Shown in pieces: positions 25,515 to 35,082 of a DNA stretch of 36,350 nucleotides. The notes beneath the pieces were generated by a model. The model was given only the letters and a program-made list of their open reading frames with translations. It had not been told where the DNA came from and made no database searches. The first letter of the stretch is position 1; every line of letters starts with the position of its first letter. Both the position numbers and the translations under genes were made by a program. Origin of the DNA: a virus (lineage: Duplodnaviria > Caudoviricetes); IMG/VR virus record IMGVR_UViG_3300032155_000031, positions 1 to 36,350 of that record; one strand, 5' to 3'.

Positions 25515-27017
25515 ATGACCATCAGCTTCAACGAGATACCGAACACCGTCCGGACTCCCTTCGTGTATGTGGAGTTTGATTCCTCCAAGGCCGTGCAGGG
25601 GCCGTCGCTGATGCCCTACAAGCTGCTGGTCATCGGTCAGCGCCTGGCTGTCGGAAGCGTTCCCGCTCTGCAGCCGGTGCGCGTGACGAGCAAGGCGCAG
25701 GCCCAGGACTACTTCGGCGAGGGCAGCCAGCTGGCCAGGATGTTCGAGGCGCTTCTGCAGAACAACGACTGGACCGAGACGTTGGCGGTGGCCCTGGACG
25801 ACGACGGCGCGGGCGTGGCCGCCACGGGCTCGATCACCTTCGGTGGCACCGTGACCGCGCCGGGCACCCTGGCGCTGTACATCGGAGGCCGCAGGATCGC
25901 GGTGGGCGTCTCGGCCGCGCAGGCCCCGGCGAGCATCGCGACGGCCGTGGCCGCCGCCGTCAACGCCCGCACCGATCTGCCCGTGACCGCTGCCGTTGAC
26001 GGCACGGACACGGCGAAGGTGAACATCACCGCCCGCAACAAGGGCGAATCGGGCAACGGCATCGACGTCCGGACCAACTACTACTCCGGCGAGGCCCTGC
26101 CGACCGGGCTGACTGTGACCTTCACCGGCGGCGGCACAGCCTCGGGCACCCCGACGCCTCCCGACGAGGTGGCCGCGGCCATGGCCGCCGTGACCTCGTA
26201 CTACGGGAACATCGATCCCGCGAGGCCGATGCAGACCCTGCCTCTGACCGGCGTGCTGCCGGCTCAGGAGAACAAGGGCATGCGCCTGTCCGGCGGCACC
26301 GGCAATCCCGACATCTCCGGCGTCTGGGCGGCCGTGGGCGACGAGCACTACAACGTGCTGGCCTTCCCCTACACCGACGGCGCCAACATGACCTCGCTCA
26401 AGACCGAACTGGCGGACCGCTGGGGGCCGATGCGCATGATCGAGGGGCTGGCCTGCGTCGCTGCGTTCGGCACTCACAGCGAGCTGGGCACGCTGGGCGA
26501 CGGGCACAACAGCCCGCATGTGTGCATCGCCGGGTGCGGCGGCCCCTTCACGCGGCAGGAACGCAACCTTCTGCTCTTCGACGGCGTCTCGACGCTCTAC
26601 GCCGATGCCGATGGCACGGTGCGCATCGAGCGGGCCATCACGACCTACAAGGAGAACGCCCTGGGGGCCGAGGACATGGCCTATCTCGACGTGGAGACGG
26701 TCCTGACCCTGGGCTATCTCCGCTACGATCTCCGAAACTACCTGCTGCGCAAGTACCCCAGGCACAAGCTGGCGTCGGACGGCACCAGGTACGGTCCCGG
26801 CCAGGCCATCGTCACGCCCAAGGTCATCCGCGCCGAATGCGTGGCCTGGGCGAGGATGATGGAAGAGAAGGGCCTGGTCGAGGGGCTCGATCAGTTCAAG
26901 GAGGATCTGCTCGTGGAACGGAACCAGAGCGATCCCTGCCGGCTGGACATCTACCTGCCGCCGGATCTCGTCAACCAGCTGCGCGTCACGGCCGTCCAGG
27001 TCGGGTTCCGCCTGTAA
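25515..27017 (+). CDS. Contractile tail sheath protein (Mu gpL-like) with two internal blocks apparently in swapped order
   Basis: ISFNEIP..VYVEFD, FGEGSQLARM, DPARPMQTL, ERNLLLFDG, IERAITTY, YPRHKLA, PDLVNQLR motifs; see findings. Confidence 0.92.
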   Translation: MTISFNEIPNTVRTPFVYVEFDSSKAVQGPSLMPYKLLVIGQRLAVGSVPALQPVRVTSKAQAQDYFGEGSQLARMFEALLQNNDWTETLAVALDDDGAGVAATGSITFGGTVTAPGTLALYIGGRRIAVGVSAAQAPASIATAVAAAVNARTDLPVTAAVDGTDTAKVNITARNKGESGNGIDVRTNYYSGEALPTGLTVTFTGGGTASGTPTPPDEVAAAMAAVTSYYGNIDPARPMQTLPLTGVLPAQENKGMRLSGGTGNPDISGVWAAVGDEHYNVLAFPYTDGANMTSLKTELADRWGPMRMIEGLACVAAFGTHSELGTLGDGHNSPHVCIAGCGGPFTRQERNLLLFDGVSTLYADADGTVRIERAITTYKENALGAEDMAYLDVETVLTLGYLRYDLRNYLLRKYPRHKLASDGTRYGPGQAIVTPKVIRAECVAWARMMEEKGLVEGLDQFKEDLLVERNQSDPCRLDIYLPPDLVNQLRVTAVQVGFRL

Positions 27018-27038
27018 GCGCGAGGAAGGAGAAACATC

Positions 27039-27404
27039 ATGGCCAACGATCTTCGCGCCGGCATCTTCTATCTGAAGGTGGACGGCACCATGTACGACGC
27101 CAAGGGAGCCTTCACCTACAGCCTCGGCCTGCCCAAGCGGGAGAGCATCGTGGGCGCGGACGGGCCGCACGGCTTCAAGACCACGCCCCAGGTTCCCTAC
27201 ATCGAAGGCGAAATCACCGACGCGCGGGATCTCGATCTGAAGAAGCTCTGCGAGACCGTGGGCGCCACGGTCACGCTGGAGCTTCAGAACGGCAAGGTGA
27301 TCGTGCTGCGCGAGGCCGCGTATTGCGGCGACGGCAAGGTGCAGACCGAAGAAGGCAACATCGCGGTGCGCTTCGAGGGCAAGAGCGCCGAGGAGGTCCG
27401 CTGA
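27039..27404 (+). CDS. Tail tube protein (Mu gpM-like)
   Basis: AGIFYLKVDG, RESIVGADGPHGF, PYIEGEI, ELQNGK, VRFEG. Confidence 0.9.
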   Translation: MANDLRAGIFYLKVDGTMYDAKGAFTYSLGLPKRESIVGADGPHGFKTTPQVPYIEGEITDARDLDLKKLCETVGATVTLELQNGKVIVLREAAYCGDGKVQTEEGNIAVRFEGKSAEEVR

Positions 27405-27712
27405 TGGATCCGGTGACTCTGAAACTCAAGCGCCCGGTGTCCTTCGGAGAGGAGTCCATCTCGGAGCTCGTGCTGCGCGAGCCGAAGGCCAAGGACTTCC
27501 GAGGCCTCAAGGTTTACGGCGACGGCTCCTTCGCCATAGGCGACTTCCTGGCACTGGCCAGCCGCCTGAGTAATCAGCCCCTGTCGGTCATCGAGGAGCT
27601 GAGCGTCGAGGACATGACCACGGTGCTGAGCGTGGTCGGCAGTTTTTTCGGCAATGGCCTGCCGACTGGCATGACGCCTGCGAGCTCCTCGCGGGATACC
27701 CGTTCCATGTGA
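27404..27712 (+). CDS. Tail assembly chaperone (gp41/gpE-like)
   Basis: LKRPV..GEE.ISELVLREPKAKD...IEELSVED; slippery T-TTT-TTC near the end. Confidence 0.85.
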   Translation: MDPVTLKLKRPVSFGEESISELVLREPKAKDFRGLKVYGDGSFAIGDFLALASRLSNQPLSVIEELSVEDMTTVLSVVGSFFGNGLPTGMTPASSSRDTRSM

Positions 27713-27804
27713 GCCCGGCGGAGCTGATGGAGATGTCCTCGGAGGATCTGCGGTTCTGGGTCGAGCGGGCGCAGTCTCGCCTCGACCGTGAACGGAGCAA
27801 GTGA
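27643..27804 (+). CDS. -1 frameshift extension of the tail chaperone (GpE'-like)
   Basis: The -1 frame after TTTTTTC reads RQWPADWHDACELLAGYPFHVSPAELMEMSSEDLRFWVERA...; stop overlaps the tape-measure ATG. Confidence 0.78.
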   Translation, partial: FFRQWPADWHDACELLAGYPFHVSPAELMEMSSEDLRFWVERAQSRLDRERSK

Positions 27805-29435
27805 TGCAGCAGACGCACGCCCTGTCCATAGTCATCAAGGCCCTTGACCAGGCCACGGCTCCGATCCGCGCCCTTGGGCAGCGGATCGACCGGCTCTCCG
27901 CGCCTGCCCGTCAGACGGCCAAGGCGATCTCTGGCATCGGCGGCGCGGCTCGGTTCGGCGAGTTGACCAGTTCCATCGGCAAGGCGGGCGGGGCCATCAA
28001 GGATGTCGCGGGAGAGGCTTCCGCCCTGGCCGGAAAGCTGGCGCTTCTCGGCGGCGGCCTCGCGTTTGGCTTCAAGAAGGGCTTTGTGGATGTCGCCTCG
28101 CAGTTCGAGGATTTTCAGACGGTCCTGACGACCCTCTATGAGGGCGATGCGGAACGTGGCGCCAAGGCCATGGAGTGGGTGAGCGACTTTGCGGCCAAGA
28201 CGCCCTATGAGCTCGCCCAGGTCAACGAAGCCTTCGTCAAGCTGCAGTCCTACGGCATGGATCCCACGAACGGGCTGCTCAAGACTCTGGGAGACACGGC
28301 GGCGGGCATGGGCAAGCCGATCATGTCCGCCGTCGAAGCCATCGCTGACGCGGTCAACGGCGAGAACGAACGCCTCAAGGAGTTTGGGATCAGGGCTGAG
28401 GCTGTCGGAGACAAGTTCGTCTACTCCTATGACAAGAACGGAAAGACGATTCGGAAGGCGGTGGACAAGAACAACCGCCAGCTGATCCAGTCCACGCTGT
28501 CGCACATCTGGAACGACAAGTACGGCGGTGCGATGGAAAATCTGTCGCACACCTGGTCGGGAATGCTCTCCAACGTCTCGGACTGGTGGACCCGTTTTGC
28601 CAAGCTGATCATGGATTCCGGCGCGTTCTCCTGGCTCAAGGACAAGCTGCAGGGCGTACTTTCCACTCTGGACGAGATGGGGAATTCCGGTGCCCTCAAA
28701 GCCTTAGCCGAGGACATCGGCAAGCGCCTGGTCACCGCCTTGGAGACCATGTGGTCCGTCGGGCAGAAGGTGGTCCAATGGGCCATCTGGTTCGGCGGCG
28801 TCCTTTCCGACCTGGCGTCCCTGATGGGCGGCTGGGACAACCTCCTTCTGGCCGTGGCTACCGTCATGGCCGGGCCCCTGATCGCCGCGCTCGCAGGAGC
28901 GTGGGTGGCGATCGCGCAGCTCGGATGGGCGTTAGCCACCACTCCGATCGGCTGGTTCCTTGGAGCCATAGCGCTGCTCGCCGGGGCCGCGTTCCTGATC
29001 TACCGGAACTGGGGCGCGATCAGCGAGTTCTTCACCAACCTCTGGGCCAAGATCGTGGCCGACTTCGAGGAGGCCATCGACTGGATCATGAGCCGGATCA
29101 TCGGCTTCGCGGATTCGGTTGTCGGTGTGGTGCAGAAGATCGGGTCCGCCATGTCCAGCCCGCTGCAGTTTATCCGCGGGGTCATCGGATCGGATGCCAA
29201 GGATCCCACCGGGACTGGCGATGGCGGAAACGGCCCTGGTCTCGGGTCCAAGCCCGGGTTCTTCGGGGCGGGGACGGGGGCTGCAGGAACGGATATGAGA
29301 TTCTCCCGGGCCGAGGCCAAGACCGAAGTCGTCATTAAGGGCGAGAACCTTCCGCGCGGCCTGGACGTCAGCGTGCCCCGGAGCACTGCCGACGATACGA
29401 CCGTTGACCTCGGCTACGCGATGGCGGGCGTGTGA
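27804..29435 (+). CDS. Tail tape measure protein
   Basis: IKALDQATAPIR, FAAKTPYEL, GENERLKEFGI, TWSGMLSN, Trp/Ala-rich repeats, hydrophobic segment. Confidence 0.9.
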   Translation: MQQTHALSIVIKALDQATAPIRALGQRIDRLSAPARQTAKAISGIGGAARFGELTSSIGKAGGAIKDVAGEASALAGKLALLGGGLAFGFKKGFVDVASQFEDFQTVLTTLYEGDAERGAKAMEWVSDFAAKTPYELAQVNEAFVKLQSYGMDPTNGLLKTLGDTAAGMGKPIMSAVEAIADAVNGENERLKEFGIRAEAVGDKFVYSYDKNGKTIRKAVDKNNRQLIQSTLSHIWNDKYGGAMENLSHTWSGMLSNVSDWWTRFAKLIMDSGAFSWLKDKLQGVLSTLDEMGNSGALKALAEDIGKRLVTALETMWSVGQKVVQWAIWFGGVLSDLASLMGGWDNLLLAVATVMAGPLIAALAGAWVAIAQLGWALATTPIGWFLGAIALLAGAAFLIYRNWGAISEFFTNLWAKIVADFEEAIDWIMSRIIGFADSVVGVVQKIGSAMSSPLQFIRGVIGSDAKDPTGTGDGGNGPGLGSKPGFFGAGTGAAGTDMRFSRAEAKTEVVIKGENLPRGLDVSVPRSTADDTTVDLGYAMAGV

Positions 29436-30697
29436 TGGCTGGCTGGCGCGACAGCTACCGCTCCGCATCATTCAGAGGGGTGCCGTTCTTCGTCTCCTCG
29501 ACCGATTCGGAGTATGCCCGCAGGGGGCAACACCACGAATTTCCGCAGCGTGATCGCGGCTACTTCGAGGATCTGGGAGACGCCGATCCCTCGTTCTCTT
29601 TTGAAGCCTACGTCACCGAGAATCTGCCCGGCGGGTACATGGACGCCAGGGACAAGTTGGTCGCCGCCTGCAGGACTCCTGGGCTTGGCGAACTGGTGCA
29701 TCCCTACCGCGGCTCTAAGCGCGTGGTCTGCACCAGATGCGTGGTGCGCGAAAGCGTCGATGACGGGGGCGTGGCCAGGTTCCAGCTCTCTTTCTTGGAA
29801 TCAGGGGAACGTGAGTCCCCCGCGGCCAGGACGGATCACTTTTCGGCGATCTCTGCGGTATCTGACACAGCCCTGGACGTAGGACTGGACGACTTCGCCG
29901 ACACCTTCTCGGTGGCGGGATTCCCCCAGTTCGTCTCTGACGCGGCCTCCCTGGACATAGGATCGGCCCTGGATGACCTCCAGGCGGCCTGTCCGTCGCT
30001 CTCTACCACGGAAAATGCGATGGGCGGCTTCCTGCGCGGCGCGCTCAATATGCTGGACATGGCCACGTCGCTGACGATCGAACCCGTGTCCTTCCTGTGG
30101 CGCACGGTCAGCATGAGCCGCCTTGGCTTGTCGGGACTGCTTGGTGACGCCATGGGTCTGGGATATCGCCTCGCGGGGTTGATGCGGCTGCTCTCTCCGG
30201 CGGCGGGTAGCTACGATTCAGCCTTCTCTGCTCAGCGCAGTCTGTGGGATTTCTCTTTGACGGCGACATCGGCCACCACGCCAAGCAGGACGCAGCAAGC
30301 CGCGAACACCACGGCCGTGGCAGGATTGATCCGGCAGTGCGCGCTGATCGAGTCCGCCAGGTTGACGCCCCTCATCACTCTGGCGACGCGAGACGAGGCC
30401 GTGCAGCTTCGTGAGGAACTCGCCGACCGCTTGGATGATGAAGCCGGCCGTGCCTCCGATCCTGTCTATGCGGCCCTGCAGGATGTCCGGTCGGCGACCG
30501 TCTCGGCTCTCTCTTCCCGTGCTCCGCAGCTTTCCCAGGTCAGTTCATTCGTCCCCTCGAGCACCATGTCGTCTTTGGTCGCAGCCTATGAGGTATACGG
30601 CGATTGCCGCCGAGCGAGCGACATCGTCCAGCGCAACCATGTGCGGCACCCCGGATTCCTGCCGGGCGGCCAGCCCCTAGAGGTGCTGCGTGGCTGA
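29435..30697 (+). CDS. DNA circularization protein (Mu gpN-like)
   Basis: ASFRGVPF, HEFPQRD..EDLG, GELVHP, RNHVRHPGF. Confidence 0.9.
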   Translation: MAGWRDSYRSASFRGVPFFVSSTDSEYARRGQHHEFPQRDRGYFEDLGDADPSFSFEAYVTENLPGGYMDARDKLVAACRTPGLGELVHPYRGSKRVVCTRCVVRESVDDGGVARFQLSFLESGERESPAARTDHFSAISAVSDTALDVGLDDFADTFSVAGFPQFVSDAASLDIGSALDDLQAACPSLSTTENAMGGFLRGALNMLDMATSLTIEPVSFLWRTVSMSRLGLSGLLGDAMGLGYRLAGLMRLLSPAAGSYDSAFSAQRSLWDFSLTATSATTPSRTQQAANTTAVAGLIRQCALIESARLTPLITLATRDEAVQLREELADRLDDEAGRASDPVYAALQDVRSATVSALSSRAPQLSQVSSFVPSSTMSSLVAAYEVYGDCRRASDIVQRNHVRHPGFLPGGQPLEVLRG

Positions 30698-31781
30698 TGC
30701 GCTCTCCCTCCTCATTGACGGCCGACTGTATGGCGGCTGGACCGGGGTCAGCGTGAGCAGATCCATCGAGACGGTCTCGGGCGCGTTCGAGGTACAGCTC
30801 GCCGATCGCTGGCTCGGACAGGAGCTGCGCTGGCCGATCCGGCCCGGCATGGCATGTGAGGCGCGCATCGGCGACGACAGCGTGGTCTCCGGCTATGTGG
30901 ACGAGGCCGAGCTGAGTCTCGATGACGGGTCGCACAGCATCCGGATCACCGGCAGGGACAAGACAGGCGATCTGGTGGACTGCTCAGCCGTGCATTCGCC
31001 GGGCCAGTGGTCTGGGCTGCGCCTGGAGGAGATCGCCAGGATCCTGGTCAGGCCCTTCGGGGTCGAGGTCAGGGCCCTGACCGACACGGGGGCCCCGTTT
31101 TCCCCCTTCAAGCTGCAGCCCGGCGAGAGCGTCTTCGAATCCATTGAGCGCATGTGCCGCATGCGGGCGGTTCTGGCCATGTCCGACGGACATGGCGGCT
31201 TGCTCCTGTCCAGGGCTGGCACCGATCGCTGTGCGGAGGATCTGCGGGAAGGTAAGAACCTCCTCTCCGCATCAGCCCAGTACTCCATGAAGGATCGGCA
31301 TTCTGAGTACATCGTGCTGGGCCAGAGCCCGAGCAAGGACGGGGACTCGGCGGATGTGGCCGCGCACCCCAAGGCGTCGGCCAGGGACGCCGGCGTCCCA
31401 AGGCACCGCCCGCTGGTCGTGATGGCCGAAGGGGCCTCGCACGGCCGCCTGGGTGATCGCGCGGAATGGGAGTCATCCGTCCGCGCCGGGAGAGCCCTGC
31501 GAGTGACCGCCAGCGTTCAGGGGTGGAGGCAGAACGATGGTTCCCTCTGGCCTATCAACCGTTTGGTTCGTGTGGTCAGCGAAACCCTGGGGCTGGATGA
31601 CATTCTTCTGATCGCTTCAACGCGATTTTCCCTCGATGAGCGAGGGTCACGAACCGAGATGTCCCTTTCGCGTCCAGATGCCTACCGACTCCTGGAAGAA
31701 CTGCCCAAGGGCAAGAAGGGGGCCGCCTCAGGGCTTCCTCCCGGAACGGAGGTCATAACCTCAGAGGATCAACTGAAATGA
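30690..31781 (+). CDS. Baseplate hub protein (Mu gpP/gp44-like)
   Basis: YGGWTGVSVSRSIE, GRDKTGDLVDCS, QPGESVFE, GWRQ..GSLWPIN. Confidence 0.9.
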   Translation: MADALSLLIDGRLYGGWTGVSVSRSIETVSGAFEVQLADRWLGQELRWPIRPGMACEARIGDDSVVSGYVDEAELSLDDGSHSIRITGRDKTGDLVDCSAVHSPGQWSGLRLEEIARILVRPFGVEVRALTDTGAPFSPFKLQPGESVFESIERMCRMRAVLAMSDGHGGLLLSRAGTDRCAEDLREGKNLLSASAQYSMKDRHSEYIVLGQSPSKDGDSADVAAHPKASARDAGVPRHRPLVVMAEGASHGRLGDRAEWESSVRAGRALRVTASVQGWRQNDGSLWPINRLVRVVSETLGLDDILLIASTRFSLDERGSRTEMSLSRPDAYRLLEELPKGKKGAASGLPPGTEVITSEDQLK

Positions 31782-32395
31782 GCGATCTCATCAGGACCAT
31801 CCGGAAGGCGACCTCAGATCTGCGCAACCGCATCCTGCTCATGGTGGCGCGCGGCGTGGTGCGGGCGATATCCGACGATGGAGGTCTGCAGAGGATGCAG
31901 GTCGCCCTGCTGGCCGACGAGCTGCGCGAGGGCGTCGAGCGGCTGCAGAACTACGGCCTCTCATCGCACCCTCATCCAGGAGCCACGGCTGGCGTCGCGT
32001 TCGTCGGCGGTAACAGGGATCACGGCCTGGTTATGGCGGTCGATGACCCCAGGTACAGGCCACAGGGGCTCGCCGAGGGCGAGGTGCAGGTCTACGCCTC
32101 CTTCGGGCAGTTCATGCACCTACGCGAAGACGGGGTGCTGCACATCAAGGCCCCGGCCGGAATCATCCTGGATACTCCTGGGGCTCTTGAGATGTGGGGC
32201 GGCACGGTCATGCGCCATGCCCAGGACTATGACGGCGTGGATGTGCATGGACTCGGCAGCAAGCTGCACTGGCGCGATGGCGAGTGGCAGGAGGAGAACT
32301 GGACAACCGGAGCGCAGATGCAAACGCCGATCGAGCATTCGGTGAACCCGCCGGCTATCCCCGGTGAAACGCGCGCGCCGGATTGGGTGATCTGA
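31778..32395 (+). CDS. Baseplate spike/assembly protein (Mu gp45-like)
   Basis: ERLQNYGLSSHP, GGNRDHG, DDPRYRP..LAEGEV. Confidence 0.88.
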   Translation: MSDLIRTIRKATSDLRNRILLMVARGVVRAISDDGGLQRMQVALLADELREGVERLQNYGLSSHPHPGATAGVAFVGGNRDHGLVMAVDDPRYRPQGLAEGEVQVYASFGQFMHLREDGVLHIKAPAGIILDTPGALEMWGGTVMRHAQDYDGVDVHGLGSKLHWRDGEWQEENWTTGAQMQTPIEHSVNPPAIPGETRAPDWVI

Positions 32396-32844
32396 TGGAC
32401 ATCGCGCTGCAGCTCGACGCCCAGGGGCGCTTTGACCTGGCCATCACGGACGGGGGGCTGGCTGTTGACCAGAGCTTGGCGACGGCTGTCGCTGTATCCC
32501 TTTTCTCTGACCGTAGGGCGCTGCCAGGTGAGACGTTGCCCGCCGGAGAGATATGGCGCAGGGGCTGGTGGGCGGGCGGGCTGACCTCGGCGGGGTTGGA
32601 CACTTGGGGCTCCGGTCTTTGGCTTTTGTCGCGGGAAAAACAGACCGAGGAGGTCCGCCTGCGCGCTGAGGAATACGCCAAAGAGGCCCTGAAGTGGTTG
32701 ATCGAGGACGGCATTGCCCAGGCGCTCACGGTCTCTGCTACGTGGCAGGGGCGCGGTGTTCTTGGTCTTGCGGTGGAGATACAGCGGGCCTCTGGCGTTG
32801 AAGCTTATACGTTTGAACGCGCCTGGTCTGTACAGGGGGTGTAA
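32395..32844 (+). CDS. Baseplate protein (Mu gp46-like)
   Basis: LATAVAVSLFSDRRA, RRGWW, GSGLWLLSREK, EALKWLIEDG. Confidence 0.9.
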   Translation: MDIALQLDAQGRFDLAITDGGLAVDQSLATAVAVSLFSDRRALPGETLPAGEIWRRGWWAGGLTSAGLDTWGSGLWLLSREKQTEEVRLRAEEYAKEALKWLIEDGIAQALTVSATWQGRGVLGLAVEIQRASGVEAYTFERAWSVQGV

Positions 32845-32846
32845 AG

Positions 32847-33899
32847 ATGCCGTTTGCCAGGCCAACGCTTGATCAAATCCTTTCGCGTATCCAGGCGGAT
32901 CTGGACAGCCGCCTTCCCGGCGCTGACGCCCGGCTTCGTCGGTCTGTTCTGGATGTGCTCGCCAAGGTACTCGCTGGAGGTCAGCATCAGCTTTATGGTT
33001 ACCTGAACTGGATTTCCAGGCAGACGCTGCCCGACACAGCTGAATCCGAGCAGTTGGACCGCCACGCGGCCATCTGGGGCGTTACGCGGAAGGCCGCCAC
33101 CTACGCATCAGGGACGGCCACCTTCAGCGGACAAAATGGGAGCGTTGTGCCCGTCGGCACTGAGTTGTTGCGTTCGGACGGCCTGCGGTACCTGACGCAA
33201 GCTGAAGGGCTGATTTCCGGTGGAACCGCCACGATTGCGATCGAATGTCTGGAGTCCGGCACAGCCGGAAACGGTGCAGGCGTCCAGGGTGGGCTGGTGT
33301 CCCCGATCGCGGGAGTGCAGTCGGCCGTGACGCTGAGCGCGGACGGTGGAGAAGCGCAGGAAGGAGACGAAGCGCTTCGGGGGCGCATCTTGCGCAGGAT
33401 CCAGCAGCCGCCTCATGGCGGTGCGGCAGATGATTACGTCACATGGGCGTTGCAGGTGCCCGGAGTGACCCGCTCCTGGTGTCTTCCGCAGTGGATGGGG
33501 ATTGGCACGGTCGGTCTCACCTTCGTGTGTGATCAGCAGACGCCGTCCATCATCCCCGATGCCTCAACGGTTGCCGAGGTGCAGGCGTGGATTGATGGGG
33601 ACACGGTGCGCCCGGTCACCGCTGACGTGTATGTCTTCGCTCCCACGGCCAAGCCCCTGGACGTGACCATCAATGGCCTATCCCCGGATACGCCGAGCGT
33701 ACGAGCGCAGATCGAAGCAGAGATCCAGGATCTCTTGACGCGAGAGGCTGCTCCTGGCGCGACGATCCTTCTATCGCACCTGCGCGAGGCTATTTCCATA
33801 GCCGCGGGTGAGAATGATCATGCGCTGACCGCGCCCTCCACCAACTTCATTTGCGCGCCGCATGAGATCGCCATCTTGGGCGTCATTACGTGGAGTTAA
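32847..33899 (+). CDS. Baseplate J / Mu gp47-like protein
   Basis: PFARPTL, QTLPDTA, EGDEALRGR, PPHGGAADDY..WA..VPGV. Confidence 0.92.
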   Translation: MPFARPTLDQILSRIQADLDSRLPGADARLRRSVLDVLAKVLAGGQHQLYGYLNWISRQTLPDTAESEQLDRHAAIWGVTRKAATYASGTATFSGQNGSVVPVGTELLRSDGLRYLTQAEGLISGGTATIAIECLESGTAGNGAGVQGGLVSPIAGVQSAVTLSADGGEAQEGDEALRGRILRRIQQPPHGGAADDYVTWALQVPGVTRSWCLPQWMGIGTVGLTFVCDQQTPSIIPDASTVAEVQAWIDGDTVRPVTADVYVFAPTAKPLDVTINGLSPDTPSVRAQIEAEIQDLLTREAAPGATILLSHLREAISIAAGENDHALTAPSTNFICAPHEIAILGVITWS

Positions 33900-33901
33900 C
33901 C

Positions 33902-34501
33902 ATGCGAGCCGAGCAGGGTGATTATCTCAAGCTGCTGCAGGGGCTGATGCCTGCTGGGGTGGCTTGGACGGACGAACCGGATGCGATTCTGACACTCCTC
34001 CTGGCCGGTCTGGCTGAGGATCTGACGCGCGGCCATAATCGCGGCGCAGATGCCCGCGATGAGTCCGACCCCCGCAGTACCCTGGAGATGCTGCCCGACT
34101 GGGAGCGCGTCACCGGCCTTCCGGACGAATGCACCCTGGACGCCGACACGCTCCAGGAGCGCCGTGCCGCCGTGGTGGCCAAGCTGCGCAGCACCGGCGG
34201 GCAGTCCGTGGCTTACTTCCGGGACCTGGCCGAGAGCCTTGGATGCCAGGTCGTGATCGAGGAGTTCAAACCGTTCATCTGCGGGATCTCGCGCTGCGGC
34301 GACGTCCTCAATGGCGGCCATGAGGTCCGGTTGCACTGGCGCGTGCGCGTGCTCGGCCCGCGCGTGACCTATTTCCGGTGCGGGGCGAGCCGTGCTGGCG
34401 ACAAGCTGCTGAAGATTTCCATCGCGGAAGATTTGGAATGCCAGTTGCGCCAGCGCAGCCCGGCCCACACTGAACTGATCGTATCCTATCAGGAGGTCTG
34501 A
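33902..34501 (+). CDS. Baseplate protein YmfQ / Mu gp48 (DUF2313)
   Basis: LMPAGVAW, EMLPDWERVTGLPD, GGQSVAYF, LEC...PAHT. Confidence 0.88.
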   Translation: MRAEQGDYLKLLQGLMPAGVAWTDEPDAILTLLLAGLAEDLTRGHNRGADARDESDPRSTLEMLPDWERVTGLPDECTLDADTLQERRAAVVAKLRSTGGQSVAYFRDLAESLGCQVVIEEFKPFICGISRCGDVLNGGHEVRLHWRVRVLGPRVTYFRCGASRAGDKLLKISIAEDLECQLRQRSPAHTELIVSYQEV

Positions 34502-34504
34502 TCC

Positions 34505-35080
34505 ATGGAATACGTACCCCCGGTCGGCGCCGAGGCCGACGAACCCTACATCAACGGCAACCCGTCCCTCGGCATTGAGGGATCACCCGTCCCCGCCGCG
34601 GCGATCGAGCACCCCATGCGCGAGATCCTGGCCGTCATCGAGCGGGCCGGGTTGACTCCCAGCGCGGAGAACCTGGAACAGCTGGCGGACGCTATCGTGA
34701 CGATGATCGCGGCAGCGCTTCCGCCCGCCGACCCCAACCTCCTGCGCCGCAACGTGCATGCGCGCCTGGAGGCGGCCTACACGTCCGCGGTCCGCACGGC
34801 CAATGCGTCTGGGAACATCACGGTTGACCTGAACACGCAGGAGGGGCTCCAGGTGCTGACCCTCACGGGCGCGGCGACGCTCGACGCACTGGTGGCCGAT
34901 GGCGGCGGCACGGCCGTGATCTGGGTCGTGCCCGGGGGGCACGCCCTGAGCATCAACACCGCCAATTTCCGGGTCATCGACGACTCGAAACCCCTCTCGC
35001 TGACCCGGGAGATGATCCTGCAGCTGCAGTACCGGGGCACGGGCCGGTGCGACCTGGCGATACAGTACGCGGGGGTCTAG
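34505..35080 (+). CDS. Short tail fibre protein
   Basis: YINGNP..GIEGS.VPAAAIEHPMREI..VI..AGLTP....QL..AI, a typical fibre-attachment N-terminus. Confidence 0.75.
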   Translation: MEYVPPVGAEADEPYINGNPSLGIEGSPVPAAAIEHPMREILAVIERAGLTPSAENLEQLADAIVTMIAAALPPADPNLLRRNVHARLEAAYTSAVRTANASGNITVDLNTQEGLQVLTLTGAATLDALVADGGGTAVIWVVPGGHALSINTANFRVIDDSKPLSLTREMILQLQYRGTGRCDLAIQYAGV

Positions 35081-35082
35081 CA

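Noticed and set aside
26090-26260. Sortase-like LPxTG and GGG motifs near the sheath junctions as a protein re-ligation signal
   Set aside because: LPLTG lies inside a normally conserved sheath motif rather than at a junction, and no sortase is encoded here.
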